IMG/VR virus record: IMGVR_UViG_3300037427_004270
DNA from: a virus
DNA: 64,000 nt
Direction: 5' to 3' (one strand)
Below, piece by piece: positions 11,201-19,305 of this stretch. A model generated the notes under the pieces. It made no database searches. It had not been told where the DNA came from and saw nothing but the letters and a program-made list of their open reading frames with translations. A program made the position numbers and the translations under genes. Each line of letters begins with the position of its first letter. Positions within the stretch are counted from its first letter, which is position 1.

Positions 11201-12674
11201 TAAAGGTAGAATCGCTGCTGGTTAGGATATTACTCTCTGTCACCAAAGATAGTTTTCTGGTGGCGGCACCTTCTCGATAGTAAACTTCTATAATGATGTT
11301 GCCGTCTTTTCCCGCCTTTATTGACCAGGCCCGATTGTTAACGCCCGACATATGAGAGGCTATGATGGTCCCTGGTGGGTTCTTTAAATAAGATGCGGCA
11401 ATGTTCATGGAGACAGAGAATTCGCTTCTATAGAGCGCCTGCAGCTCTTCATCGGCCTTTATTCTTATCCTATTTCCCCTGTCAAGCTTTACTACTTCTG
11501 TGTTAAACTGACTGTTCAACTCCCTGACTCCATTTAACATTTCGACATATTTGCTGTCCGATGCGACGAAGGTTTCAATGACAGGAAGCAGTGCTGGAAT
11601 ACCAATGGTTGTTATCAAGTCTCTACAGTCTGTTGTTCCCAAATTACATTCTATAACCTTGCTTATAATTGAACTTGGACATGCTTTGTGTAAGACCTTG
11701 TTGTACAGGTCAGATATGTTGGTGACTTCTGTTACAAGTTTTTTTAAGTTACTTTCTGTAAAAAAGTCATCCCCAATGTATTCGAAACTTTCGTAGAAGT
11801 TCTCTAAATCTTTTATAACATCGGTGCCGGCCTTGTTTATATTTTCTTCGTACCATTTCCAGTCGTGCCACGACGTTCTTTTCTTAAATTTGTCAGGGGC
11901 CTTTTCAATGGTTGATTTTTCTTTTCTTTTTGGACCCAAAGCATCCGAATATGGGTGCGCGTTATATTTAAGCGAAAAGTCATACCAGTCCCAACGAGGG
12001 GGCTCTTTGACTGAACCTAGTTTTCTCTGTCTATTGAAGATTCCCACAATGCCGGTACCTTCTGTGACTCTATCACAATCGTCAGAAGCTCTCTCAAGGT
12101 GACTCTTCAGCTCTCTAGGTTTTTTATATATTGTGTTTGCGAGAGCAGAAACAATATCTAGGTTACTCAAGTATCCTACGATAACGGGGTCAAGTGAGCT
12201 TTTGATGTTAATTATCAAAGGAGAGCTCTCTTGTTCTTGTGGGCCAATCCATTTCCAGGTAATATACGCACCCTCTACAGATAAGGCTCGTTTAGGAGTC
12301 TCCTGGCCTATCGTTCCTCTGTACTCTATAACAAGGTCTTCCACCAGGAAGTCTCCTATATTAGACTTTCCTCCGTTTGCTTGTGATATCGTTTGAAACC
12401 TTGCTCTTATTCTAGTCAGAACTTCTTTGGTAAACTTCCTCAACAGCGTTGCTTCTCTAGAATAAGAAAAGCCATTAGGGTCGCCATCTTTTGATAGCTC
12501 CTTTTGGTAATACCTCAGCAACTGAATTGTCTTATCTACCTTTAGGCCAAACTCAGTGTTTGCAACCAAGCCGTCGTATGTCAAGTCCTTTTGGTCTGGC
12601 TTTTCTTTTACGCCGGACCACACAGGAAGATATATGTCTCTCAGGCCTATAACTATGCTTTTTGTTTGGGACAT
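5265..12674 (-). CDS. Very large (2469 aa) putative virion protein with an internal LamG-like segment
   Basis: Uninterrupted ORF within the baseplate operon; GKFDNFKMYNKAL..MVIWLRMGD is LamG-like; His-rich HxH motifs near the C-terminus. Confidence 0.6.
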   Translation of the reverse strand: MSQTKSIVIGLRDIYLPVWSGVKEKPDQKDLTYDGLVANTEFGLKVDKTIQLLRYYQKELSKDGDPNGFSYSREATLLRKFTKEVLTRIRARFQTISQANGGKSNIGDFLVEDLVIEYRGTIGQETPKRALSVEGAYITWKWIGPQEQESSPLIINIKSSLDPVIVGYLSNLDIVSALANTIYKKPRELKSHLERASDDCDRVTEGTGIVGIFNRQRKLGSVKEPPRWDWYDFSLKYNAHPYSDALGPKRKEKSTIEKAPDKFKKRTSWHDWKWYEENINKAGTDVIKDLENFYESFEYIGDDFFTESNLKKLVTEVTNISDLYNKVLHKACPSSIISKVIECNLGTTDCRDLITTIGIPALLPVIETFVASDSKYVEMLNGVRELNSQFNTEVVKLDRGNRIRIKADEELQALYRSEFSVSMNIAASYLKNPPGTIIASHMSGVNNRAWSIKAGKDGNIIIEVYYREGAATRKLSLVTESNILTSSDSTFIPFGFTYKEGRVKAYSLDAELILKTTQNERAESYQIPEELRQTVGAGTSRVKIVLAGDDTRGGNSTFSGKFDNFKMYNKALDGFPNEDLGISEVDSITEDMVIWLRMGDDLEDSIDKTNRDTKTNRIFNQIREEYHGTPFGFEYKGPQLPGFETGIVIAAREPANAADLVMQEIEKHIDINAFCTVLVRLMLEAFGARFPTFDTPRATLVRPFGNFYFQINQAVAMAIFGILWGLIVSLLEKLIDCNMLNVKNAADFLSGDIAGAMTEISQMANKGISDELEAAVKKIAPMLKDLAQARLDIGMDSAGPGGAISTTDNFSITSDAAGNTKTKAKGTSAFSFLEDTLNKYSDLNVVTPDQVTLAASTQGPLSPPSTTSAQNSISMLQSVTSVSQELTPYENMSLLIGEAEEETIEKAREALPQNLRTLFVDKNDALSSTFSLIGHLAGLSDIKKDIVAKAQESFSAKEPFQSCITQADIRERILEQSLDRGEITEEEADRAREKAQEEKKQALQVAIESIKQMGTNLGGDLKDQMEVIPQPKILQNITQKVFRKMLDPVKISFDKDMKLYKAAIAKKKIHEKKIPKILAKGENITFRSLEETKFIEQRGEVQKTMVNPEFQALLSTGYVPLLEDGITIDGTPEGGYLARDEDQEYINDTIIYKKSDFGEDRVVNAKFRDAESVGPYTDFENPIATRKIETNILMGNLRDHLKAETLTKSFFSGRELDNGSFKSLDTEEDISFNISDMFGFGDSMTTIGDEVEETIVRVLILNGVRVTSRYAATSRSMNLTTPVTTAGTTATVTTEQFVDSQWACSTHELLNSISDLHSKVVAIGVILENNNQSKGMMYSQLAYFTRGLEKLYMENIYTSPEDYSVAIENIVRDSSYYGMRGQTSETVLSDVATTSGFVDPAMKNDFTVRFSDEYSLSYENKTKLFIERFGRTPYSAVAEVENSLSPELAKMLEAIDPEEAADTECEDLIADGVSNLKMTSQERAFNVLMRRYWTKVYQASESAADRASYIATIENKMLKPYLDNFTEKQTSVFDRITREIISFLSEELSSSPLITPVNGTENVDTGESLIGAHFINFNPTQSPAHKKAKKDPRLFNFDSIYELATSLFAHLNSQENRKYNVSADKNVDTPMSMTMASMSALMLVRAYCLEYVLQAIVPILYYNKPMDALTKELIKKRMMTEMSETFNMTPKMSKAIIKANNSMVDSKFKYPTSGEEMGSYYDFSDRPIVSDSKDGLFEVLDYLIEREYLEVTKKLKQNINNVCEVPSITEEEQNVVDLALREKFVDSLQVLSVEKNRFKDFNWQDASKGKIILEKYVRGINGEVITKMRRFHMEGDPNPDQVRYDFEWDNEELLLSKDVAAYGVRVAYVEKQEPNMYLNKYGVVEQTPEDQKIDLQILQNIDFDKVEQSDKAHVQVVDSGDYQEMMFVHVLCSYEETREQALQNLGVDTADPCDIEQFFTRDSSKELKTTEKDLNIAFDYVETDGSYSLPDPDFGRVRTKRIVVKSHHHNAVSLPSEEHQSISSEDITSETTGRMVVDRYYISYNDAVNKEHTHDIVGNTIKPAVVQAEMNVWLSKASSLRGNYKRPSSWPLQEFASGQEPGLLTDRSIRFFNKTEEEVLAMIEEHNEDYPVTFADGEKYTPLNRDSINNYVLVKYKKNITHDHVHTEQIPLDFDLTLSDQLFSNLLRQVAKDDEFRIMFDFSFDLDKYTSLVSSYAYMANTSQEFEQMFSQTKHNIAMLTAIGEELSDYNKSFEECNSSQASKTFEFPAHSWNPDLLLFMLRTPLQVYKGWVKTADPHTLITQTIVELLKAGLIIPKLEEKSFEIPFSDPKRCLPINTPVYPGVRVDFPGMTQLTALGVTYAPLVVGAPPFIPTPFGLIYYAAVDPLLFLLDGISSNQVLENEDLKRELDNIGLNIRQDGSCIICDKGEEASEEPDEVEDSSYSLCKPESETTFSILDMSKFGKARGC

Positions 12675-13597
12675 TAGTTTACCTTGTTATACCTACTGTT
12701 GATATATTTGTTTCCACCCATAGCAGATAAATAGTCTTTAGAAAAGTTTGCTAAGTTATCTCGCAAATAACCTTCAAGACCCAATGCATAATCTTGTAGC
12801 TGATTACACATAGTTTTTACGCCCTGAAAGGTGACTGGCTCTGAAAAGAGGCTGATGTTATCATAAAAGCCTGTAAAGTGCATATGGTCTATCAGCGTCA
12901 TGTTGAGGTCGTTTTGTGTGGAGTAATATGAAACTTGCAATTGTATTAGTTGCTCCAAAAGCTCCGCCAGGTATGACAATGCGTCCACTAGGTTATCCCC
13001 CAAGACTATGGGCTGCAGCGAGTCTGTCTCGTTATTCGCGATGATGTCGATACCTGTGTTACTCGACGGCGAGGGCGTCAAACCCTGCTCTGCATGTATT
13101 TTCATGGATGCATGGGTAGGCTCACCTGTCGTTATTATTTTTAAACTTCTTCTCCCCACCATTCTTACATCATCTGCTTTCATACCAATTGAAGATCTTG
13201 TTTGAATTTGTTGCTCTCCTCCGGATGAAGCCATTAAATCATATTTCCTATCAATTAAAGAATTTTCTGAAATGCAAATAGATGCTGCATCTGCTCCGAA
13301 ATTTGGATTGTTCTCTATTCTTCCACAGAGTAAAGTTATTGATGATGTCCCAGCTTTTGGGCTGCGACCTTCTCCAGTTGACCAAGAGCCATCTCGATCC
13401 CTACCAAGAACAATTTCACAGTTGGTGTTGCCAGGGTAAACTACTTCACAGGCAGCCTTGTTCCACTTTGTTTTTGGCTCGTTGGTGATTCCTTGGGCCA
13501 GGCCACTGGACAGGACTTTTTCTCTGTCTTCTTTTGATGAATTCGCTTGAGTATGTTTTTTGTTTGCCGGGGGCTTGTTAGAAATAAAGTCAGACAT
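12674..13597 (-). CDS. Putative baseplate spike / gp5 C-terminal-like protein (307 aa)
   Basis: Beta-rich repeats, LQPIVLGDNLVDAL, C-terminal HxH (DHMHF) as in gpV/gp138 spikes, and baseplate position. Confidence 0.5.
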   Translation of the reverse strand: MSDFISNKPPANKKHTQANSSKEDREKVLSSGLAQGITNEPKTKWNKAACEVVYPGNTNCEIVLGRDRDGSWSTGEGRSPKAGTSSITLLCGRIENNPNFGADAASICISENSLIDRKYDLMASSGGEQQIQTRSSIGMKADDVRMVGRRSLKIITTGEPTHASMKIHAEQGLTPSPSSNTGIDIIANNETDSLQPIVLGDNLVDALSYLAELLEQLIQLQVSYYSTQNDLNMTLIDHMHFTGFYDNISLFSEPVTFQGVKTMCNQLQDYALGLEGYLRDNLANFSKDYLSAMGGNKYINSRYNKVN

Positions 13598-14793
13598 TAT
13601 GCTACTCCACCCCCTTCATCGGGTGCCCTGTTCCAAGCCATCAGAAGAGGCTTTGGATCGACCTTCCTTCTCCTTGGGTGAGTCATAAGTGTGTAGTGTA
13701 GGTGAACACCTTGGCTGCGGCCTGTTTTTCCCATAGTCGCTACCTGATCACCTTTCTCGACTCTTTGGCCCACCTTAACCGTCACTGTTTCGCAGTGCAA
13801 ATAAAGAGATCTATATCCATTATCGTGAATAATAGAAACTTGGTTTCCTCCTGGATATTTCTTTATGTTTGATGCCAAGCTACCATTTGCCGAGTCTATT
13901 ACCCCTCCCAACGGGGCCAGCATAGGGTGTCCAGCCTTGCCATCGACGGCCAAGTCGATGCCGTTGTGGTCTTGTATGAGGGGTTTTCCGTTCCTGTCTT
14001 TTGCTACTGGGTGTGGTCTGTTTTTTTGAAAGTCGGAAGACATTCTAACCGCATTTGGAACCAACAGTCTTGCAGCTGCACCAAACTCATCAATTTGTGC
14101 AGGAGTCATGATGCTTCCGTTTATTTCTGCCATGACCTTTCCTGTTTCCCTGTCGGTAGGTACTCGAAATTTTGTTTTTTGCTTTTCGGGCTCACCCATT
14201 ATTTGATCATAAACAGTACCAACATGCTGACCCAATTGGCCGAACATACCCTTTACTGCGTCTTGTGCAACTGTGGACATATCCCTATTTGCAGAGCCAG
14301 CATTCGCACTAGACTCTATAATCTCTGTTATTAAAACACCATCTCTATCTTTTGGGTGAAGATATTTGCACTCGACAAGATCTCCTACGCTGAGAATAGC
14401 TCCCTCGTTACCATAGTCTAAAAAGGCGTCTGGGTGTAATGACATGTAAAAGAGCCTTTCTTTAGTCCCCTCGTCATATGAGAATGGATCTTCCAAGTGG
14501 CCATACAGGTCTGCTCTTATTTTATATACTCTTTCTGTACCACTGCTTTTTCTTCCAAGCTTTGTGTTAAGAAGTGACGAAACTATATCTGGGTCTGTAA
14601 TAATGTCTATTATTTTGGCGTCGAAGCTATCAGGATCGGTTGGTGCCATCTCTCTGAAGACGGTGCTCAATATAGAGTCGATGGGGCTTTCTCGGTTTAC
14701 GTTAACCCTTCCCGATCTCATCTTATCAGACGAATCATTTAATTTAGATATATTATCTGGCAGTCTTGTTCCGACTTTTTCATCTTTTGCCAT
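13597..14793 (-). CDS. M23/LytM peptidoglycan endopeptidase with an N-terminal OB-like domain (398 aa)
   Basis: HNGIDLA (HxxxD), GGNQVSIIH..YRSLYLHC, VKVGQRVEKGDQVATMGKTGRSQGVHLHY (HxH), VDP. Confidence 0.9.
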   Translation of the reverse strand: MAKDEKVGTRLPDNISKLNDSSDKMRSGRVNVNRESPIDSILSTVFREMAPTDPDSFDAKIIDIITDPDIVSSLLNTKLGRKSSGTERVYKIRADLYGHLEDPFSYDEGTKERLFYMSLHPDAFLDYGNEGAILSVGDLVECKYLHPKDRDGVLITEIIESSANAGSANRDMSTVAQDAVKGMFGQLGQHVGTVYDQIMGEPEKQKTKFRVPTDRETGKVMAEINGSIMTPAQIDEFGAAARLLVPNAVRMSSDFQKNRPHPVAKDRNGKPLIQDHNGIDLAVDGKAGHPMLAPLGGVIDSANGSLASNIKKYPGGNQVSIIHDNGYRSLYLHCETVTVKVGQRVEKGDQVATMGKTGRSQGVHLHYTLMTHPRRRKVDPKPLLMAWNRAPDEGGGVA

Positions 14794-14796
14794 TTA

Positions 14797-15090
14797 CTAG
14801 CCCTCTTTAATAATGCGAAATAACTCTTCCTTGTCGTCATCGCTAAGAGTGGCAGATTCTTTCTGTTCTTTCTTCTGTAATAAAGATGCGATCTTTACCA
14901 ACTGCTCATTAGAGCGTTGGAGTGTTTCTAAATATTTTGCAGCCACAGTTCCCACTTCTGCATGCTTGCTTGGTGATACACCTATGTACATCATCAAATC
15001 TTCTAGAAGTTTGGTAGTAACTGTTCTGTCTTTTGTAATATTATCTATCGCTGTCTCTATCTGCGTCGAGAACTTTTTATTTGATTTCAT
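14797..15090 (-). CDS. Hypothetical helical protein (97 aa)
   Basis: Compact ORF tiled in the operon. Confidence 0.7.
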   Translation of the reverse strand: MKSNKKFSTQIETAIDNITKDRTVTTKLLEDLMMYIGVSPSKHAEVGTVAAKYLETLQRSNEQLVKIASLLQKKEQKESATLSDDDKEELFRIIKEG

Positions 15091-15790
15091 CTTCGACCCA
15101 CCTCTCTTTGAATGTCCTATATTTTCCCCTAAGTTTATTTAAGCTGTTTACAATTTGTTTTGTATTCATACCCGTTATTTCTCTTAGGTAAAAGTAAATA
15201 GCCTTTTTGTTGAAAATTTCTAGGGACTCGCTGTTCGCAAATAGCGTCTTTGTTGCCATTAGGACTTTTTTTTCGTTTGGTTTGAGCTTTTCTTCTTCCC
15301 AGCTATCCATTTCTTTCCAGAGGTGTTCCCAAAATTCTCTGTGCTTCTTTACTTTTTCGTACTCATTTTCGACAGAAAAGTATCGCTGCTCGGTGTCTTT
15401 GTTCATGTCGTCATAAAGAACTTCCCTTTTCAGCTGGGCTGTGTTTTTCTTTACTTTGTGAATGAACCAGTTTTTTGTAGTTACACTAAAATAACTAAAA
15501 GCCTTTGAACCTTTGTCCGGATCAAACTTATCTAAAATAGTAGTTAGCCAAACCTTACACTCTGCCTTTAAGTCGTCAATATTTGGCAAAGTAGTGAACT
15601 TGTAGGTATAGACTATTTTATCAACAAGTTCGTCAAAAGCTGGGTGTATGAAATCTCTATATAATTGTTCTTTTGTTTTTCTATCATCAGTAGATGCATA
15701 TTGGACGATAGCGGCTTCGTGTACTTCCGTAAAGTAATTTCTCTTTTTTCTACGGCCTCGCTTTTTGGTCGTCTTCTTCTTTGTCGTCAT
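15077..15790 (-). CDS. Phage RNA polymerase sigma factor, gp55-like / sigma70 region 2
   Basis: ILDKFDPDKGSKAFSYFSVTTKNWFIHKVKK resembles gp55 (NFDPEKSKNPFAYFTQI). Start reassigned to the ATG at 15790, which has GGAG 7 nt upstream. Confidence 0.7.
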   Translation of the reverse strand: MTTKKKTTKKRGRRKKRNYFTEVHEAAIVQYASTDDRKTKEQLYRDFIHPAFDELVDKIVYTYKFTTLPNIDDLKAECKVWLTTILDKFDPDKGSKAFSYFSVTTKNWFIHKVKKNTAQLKREVLYDDMNKDTEQRYFSVENEYEKVKKHREFWEHLWKEMDSWEEEKLKPNEKKVLMATKTLFANSESLEIFNKKAIYFYLREITGMNTKQIVNSLNKLRGKYRTFKERWVEDEIK

Positions 15791-16070
15791 CTTCTTCTCC
15801 GTTGGTACTGCTTTCATTCAAAACGGCTTCCATGTCAAGAAGATAAGAACCTAGTTCTCTTGAGTGGTCCAGCATATTTTGCAGGGTGTCATCGCCATAA
15901 AAGGTTTCCATCTGATAAACATCTGATAGATGTCCTTGGAAACTTTGTAGGCTAAAAATAATTTCATCAATATTATCAGAAAAATATAAAGCTCTCCTTA
16001 AAGTGCGGTATAGCAAATAAGATAGCCCTATGTTGAATATTAAAGATATTAAAAACAGTATTAAATACAT
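15750..16070 (-). CDS. Hypothetical single-pass membrane protein (106 aa)
   Basis: Hydrophobic N-terminus MYLILFLISLIFNIGLSYLLY; acidic tail. Confidence 0.7.
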   Translation of the reverse strand: MYLILFLISLIFNIGLSYLLYRTLRRALYFSDNIDEIIFSLQSFQGHLSDVYQMETFYGDDTLQNMLDHSRELGSYLLDMEAVLNESSTNGEEDDDKEEDDQKARP

Positions 16071-16071
16071 A

Positions 16072-16332
16072 TTAGTTATAAGTTACTTTCTTTAGTCTAT
16101 CCCTCTCGCCCTTAACTTCGGTGCGAATTTCTTCGATAGACCTCTTTACAATATCACCATTATTGCTTTTTTTTAAGTCATTTTTTTTAGTAAACGTGCG
16201 AAAAGAAGAGACTTTTTTACTAACACAGCCAGTCTCGTTACATTCTGGACATTCCTCACAAGTCTCACTCATGAGGTGTGTGGCGTAAAATTCCTCTTCG
16301 CATTCTTCACATTTATAAAGATATTTAGGCAT
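16072..16332 (-). CDS. FmdB-family zinc-ribbon protein (86 aa)
   Basis: MPKYLYKCEECEEEF..CPEC matches the MPxYxYxCxxC..CPxC pattern. Confidence 0.85.
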   Translation of the reverse strand: MPKYLYKCEECEEEFYATHLMSETCEECPECNETGCVSKKVSSFRTFTKKNDLKKSNNGDIVKRSIEEIRTEVKGERDRLKKVTYN

Positions 16333-16522
16333 CGCCTAATATTCCCTTGTCTAGCTTGCTTTCATCAATCTGCAAGTTAGGTGGGTTCAACACAACAAGT
16401 TCACCGTCGTCGCCGGGTTCAAAGTTGAGGTCTTCTAAAAGTGGCATAATATCACTTTGTTCCATTAAACATTTCTGCAGAGTCATCATAAGTGCACCTG
16501 CTGCTTGATTTGACAATTTCAT
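16325..16522 (-). CDS. Hypothetical protein (65 aa)
   Basis: Tiled ORF overlapping its neighbour. Confidence 0.7.
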   Translation of the reverse strand: MKLSNQAAGALMMTLQKCLMEQSDIMPLLEDLNFEPGDDGELVVLNPPNLQIDESKLDKGILGDA

Positions 16523-16525
16523 TTT

Positions 16526-16834
16526 TTACTCCTCTTCAGAAAAAAAAGTTTCTGAGTTTATGTTTTTATCATCAATAAAAATATCGTAATGAGGTTTCCA
16601 CATCTTCAGCTCATGATGCTTGGCTCCCCATTCTGATAACTGTTTGTGAGTTAGTTCTGTCCAGTCTATTCCTGTGTTAGAACCTCTCGCTGTCCAATAA
16701 ACGACCGTATGACCTTCGTCGTACAGCTTGTTTATCTTTTCAATTCTCTCCATCCACGGTACCGCATTGTCATACTTTCCCTGTGTGTTGCAACATATCG
16801 TACCATCAATATCTACATAATATATTTTTTTCAT
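16526..16834 (-). CDS. Short HAD-superfamily phosphatase (capsule-biosynthesis type), 102 aa
   Basis: YVDIDGTIC (DxDxT), WTARG, KP..DIFIDDK. Confidence 0.85.
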   Translation of the reverse strand: MKKIYYVDIDGTICCNTQGKYDNAVPWMERIEKINKLYDEGHTVVYWTARGSNTGIDWTELTHKQLSEWGAKHHELKMWKPHYDIFIDDKNINSETFFSEEE

Positions 16835-17598
16835 GTTCTCTCCCCGATCTTCTTTACCCTGTCCATAAAAGACTCTGCCTTTAGAGAGTGAAAGTGTTCT
16901 CTTTTGGCCAAAAGCATCTGTTCGTATTCGATTGCTTGTTTGATTGCATCATCTATAGACACTCCACTCACCATATCAAAGACTACTGCCCTTGTTTCAA
17001 AGCCATCCAAGAGGCCTTTTTCGTGCATCTCTTCTAGGCGGGGAGCACTTTTCTTGGAGACAGAGCCTCCCATTTTTGTTTTTAGGTTATACTTTTTTGC
17101 TGCTGTCAGTGCTTTCTCTGCGTATACCATGACCAAGTAATCATCAACATTGTTTTTTGATAAGCCAAGAGAGCGCGATAAGTCAGAACGTCCCACTACA
17201 ATGCCGTCTATGCTTTTGTGGTGTTCTTTAAGTATGTCCTCTATCTTCTCACATGCTGTCTTTGTCTCGATGTTAATAAACTGTTGTGGCGGCGTGACTT
17301 TCAGCAAATCACATCTACTTTCCATGGAAGATATAAATTTAGAAACTGCAAATTCACTTTCCACCATTGGTGCGACCACGCCTGCCACGCCGAGCCTTAA
17401 ACACTTCTCAATGTCCCTGTTTGCTTCGCATCCACCTATCTTAACGAAGACCTGTAAATCTGGTGTGCCAGCAAGCATAACCAGATCTGTTAAGTCAGAG
17501 TCTGTTACTCCCTCGTCCTCGAAAGAGGCTTTCAGAGCTGAAGCTCCGTACTTCTCTTTCATTAGTGTTATCTTTTGTTTAATCTTATCATTGAACAT
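16831..17598 (-). CDS. HpcH/HpaI aldolase / citrate-lyase family protein
   Basis: VKIGGCEA..GVVAPMVES..FINIETKTA..GIVVGRSDLSRSLG. Start reassigned to the ATG at 17598. Confidence 0.8.
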   Translation of the reverse strand: MFNDKIKQKITLMKEKYGASALKASFEDEGVTDSDLTDLVMLAGTPDLQVFVKIGGCEANRDIEKCLRLGVAGVVAPMVESEFAVSKFISSMESRCDLLKVTPPQQFINIETKTACEKIEDILKEHHKSIDGIVVGRSDLSRSLGLSKNNVDDYLVMVYAEKALTAAKKYNLKTKMGGSVSKKSAPRLEEMHEKGLLDGFETRAVVFDMVSGVSIDDAIKQAIEYEQMLLAKREHFHSLKAESFMDRVKKIGERT

Positions 17599-18262
17599 TT
17601 TTAAACTCACTCTCGTAGATATATTCAGCAAACTTAAAGTCTAAGGCAGTGTCTATATCCATTGCCTCTATTTCATCCAATATTAAGAATGCTGGTTTTT
17701 TACCTACGATGTTCTTATTTTCCATTATTAAATCTCTGGGACAGATACAAACGCCATAGGTAATTTTATAAATATTTGGCAACTCTTGGCTATTAGGGGA
17801 ATTACTCGGGTCATAGTTTAGTGGTTTGCCTCCAAGCCACATGTGATGCTTCATTGTAGACACGGTTGCAACAGAGTCAATACCATGTCCTACCTGAAAT
17901 GCTCTTTTTGCCTTTTCTAGAGTCTCTTTGTTTATAAAAGGACTTGTTGGAGGACAATAGGCTATTGCGCCCTCGGACACAATTGTAGTTAAATTACAAA
18001 AAAAATCACTAGCAGAACAATAGTCGCTAGCATAATATTCCTCCCTCTTATGGGAGCTTATGCCATGTCTTTCTGCAAACTTCAAAATGTCATCCGAGTC
18101 CGTAGAGAGTATTATCTCATCAAAAACTTCCGCTTCCTTGAGAGACTCAATCTTTAGATCCAGCAATGTAGTGTCGCCAAAAGGTCGAACACTCTTGTTG
18201 GGCACTCTCTTAGAGCCTGAGCGCACTGGTATTATAGCTGTTATCTTGCTGGAGCTTCTCAT
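17588..18262 (-). CDS. neuA: CMP-nonulosonate synthetase (acylneuraminate cytidylyltransferase), 224 aa
   Basis: AIIPVRSGSKRVPNKSVRPFG, PTSPF, DIDTALDFKFAE. Confidence 0.9.
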   Translation of the reverse strand: MRSSSKITAIIPVRSGSKRVPNKSVRPFGDTTLLDLKIESLKEAEVFDEIILSTDSDDILKFAERHGISSHKREEYYASDYCSASDFFCNLTTIVSEGAIAYCPPTSPFINKETLEKAKRAFQVGHGIDSVATVSTMKHHMWLGGKPLNYDPSNSPNSQELPNIYKITYGVCICPRDLIMENKNIVGKKPAFLILDEIEAMDIDTALDFKFAEYIYESEFKNVQ

Positions 18263-18957
18263 AAGTTTGTTGCCCTATAAATGAAGTCCAAGTATTTGAA
18301 TTGCCACTCATGATCTATGTCCAGAGACTCTCTTTCAGATATAGGGAACAGTTCGATATCTCCCTGCTCGGAAAAGTCTCCCATAAAAACGCCGTCGCCG
18401 ATGGTGGCCATTTCGCTAGCATACAGACAATGAGCTGCTTCGTATGTGGCTTCAACCGCCTTTGTATTTAAGTTTGGTTCTCCCTCGGGCCACTCGTTCA
18501 ACATTTTCCCACTCTCGTTCCAAAAGTAGTTCTTCTTCTCTATGACCGCGAACAAGCCCTTGCTTGGTGTTTGCAAATAGTGTTCGTAAAAGCTATCTAT
18601 GGTGGATGTCTCCAAAAATGGATTGCAGGCGTTGACAAGTATGATATACTTATAAGATAGTTTATCCCACCACTCATACATGCCCGTTAACTTAGATCCG
18701 GTTCCGCCGTCCCATACTGCAGAGTGTTCGCTCCTCTTGAATATATTGACTCCATTTTTTACCCCGACATCTACAAGTTCAGGCTCATTAACGGATAAAT
18801 AAAAGTTTTCTTTTGGGATAGCTTTGGAATCCAATATCTTCTTGACTGCGATATCAACCAAATTGGTTCCGCCAAAATCTCTTATCATTTTCCTTTTGCA
18901 TCTTTCCGAAGAAAGTCTTGCTTGAATTATCACACATACTTCTGATGGTTTTTTCAT
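18259..18957 (-). CDS. NeuA/SpsF-like cytidylyltransferase, paralogue 2 (232 aa)
   Basis: IIQARLSSERCKRKMIRDF, CNPFL, LDIDHEWQF. Confidence 0.8.
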   Translation of the reverse strand: MKKPSEVCVIIQARLSSERCKRKMIRDFGGTNLVDIAVKKILDSKAIPKENFYLSVNEPELVDVGVKNGVNIFKRSEHSAVWDGGTGSKLTGMYEWWDKLSYKYIILVNACNPFLETSTIDSFYEHYLQTPSKGLFAVIEKKNYFWNESGKMLNEWPEGEPNLNTKAVEATYEAAHCLYASEMATIGDGVFMGDFSEQGDIELFPISERESLDIDHEWQFKYLDFIYRATNL

Positions 18958-19305
18958 TTAATCTCCCTTTTCGACCCTATAGCTGTCCTCGTCAAAATGA
19001 GTAGTAGAAAACTCATACATCTCTGTGTCCTCTAGCGCGATCATTCTGTGAATAAGGCCAGTGGGGACATGGAAGTTGTCTCCCTTTTCTAAAATGACTT
19101 CAGATGCAGTGCTAATATCCTCATCATAAGAATATAATACTCTCAGCTTCCCGCTATGGATATAGAAAACTTCATCTTTAATTTTATGGTAATGCCAAGA
19201 ACACTTTTTTCCTTTTACAAAAAACAAAAGCTTACCGCAGTATTTATCGTTATTGACAATCCATTTTTCATAACCCCAACCTTTGGGGACAAAATTCATT
19301 TCCAT
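18958..19305 (-). CDS. Cupin, mannose-6-phosphate isomerase type II C-terminal-like (115 aa)
   Basis: VPKGWGYEKW, SWHYHKIKDEVFYIHSG, HVPTGLIHRM. Confidence 0.85.
   Translation of the reverse strand: MEMNFVPKGWGYEKWIVNNDKYCGKLLFFVKGKKCSWHYHKIKDEVFYIHSGKLRVLYSYDEDISTASEVILEKGDNFHVPTGLIHRMIALEDTEMYEFSTTHFDEDSYRVEKGD

Noticed and set aside
12728-15201. CTATTTA copies inside coding sequence (12728, 15195; also 59891)
   Set aside because: Could be internal promoters, but a 7-mer this AT-rich is expected by chance several times in 64 kb; not counted as evidence.
17150-17644. 164-aa plus-strand ORF, and the other plus-strand ORFs overlapping minus-strand genes
   Set aside because: Antisense to clear enzymes, with no motifs and no ribosome-binding site.
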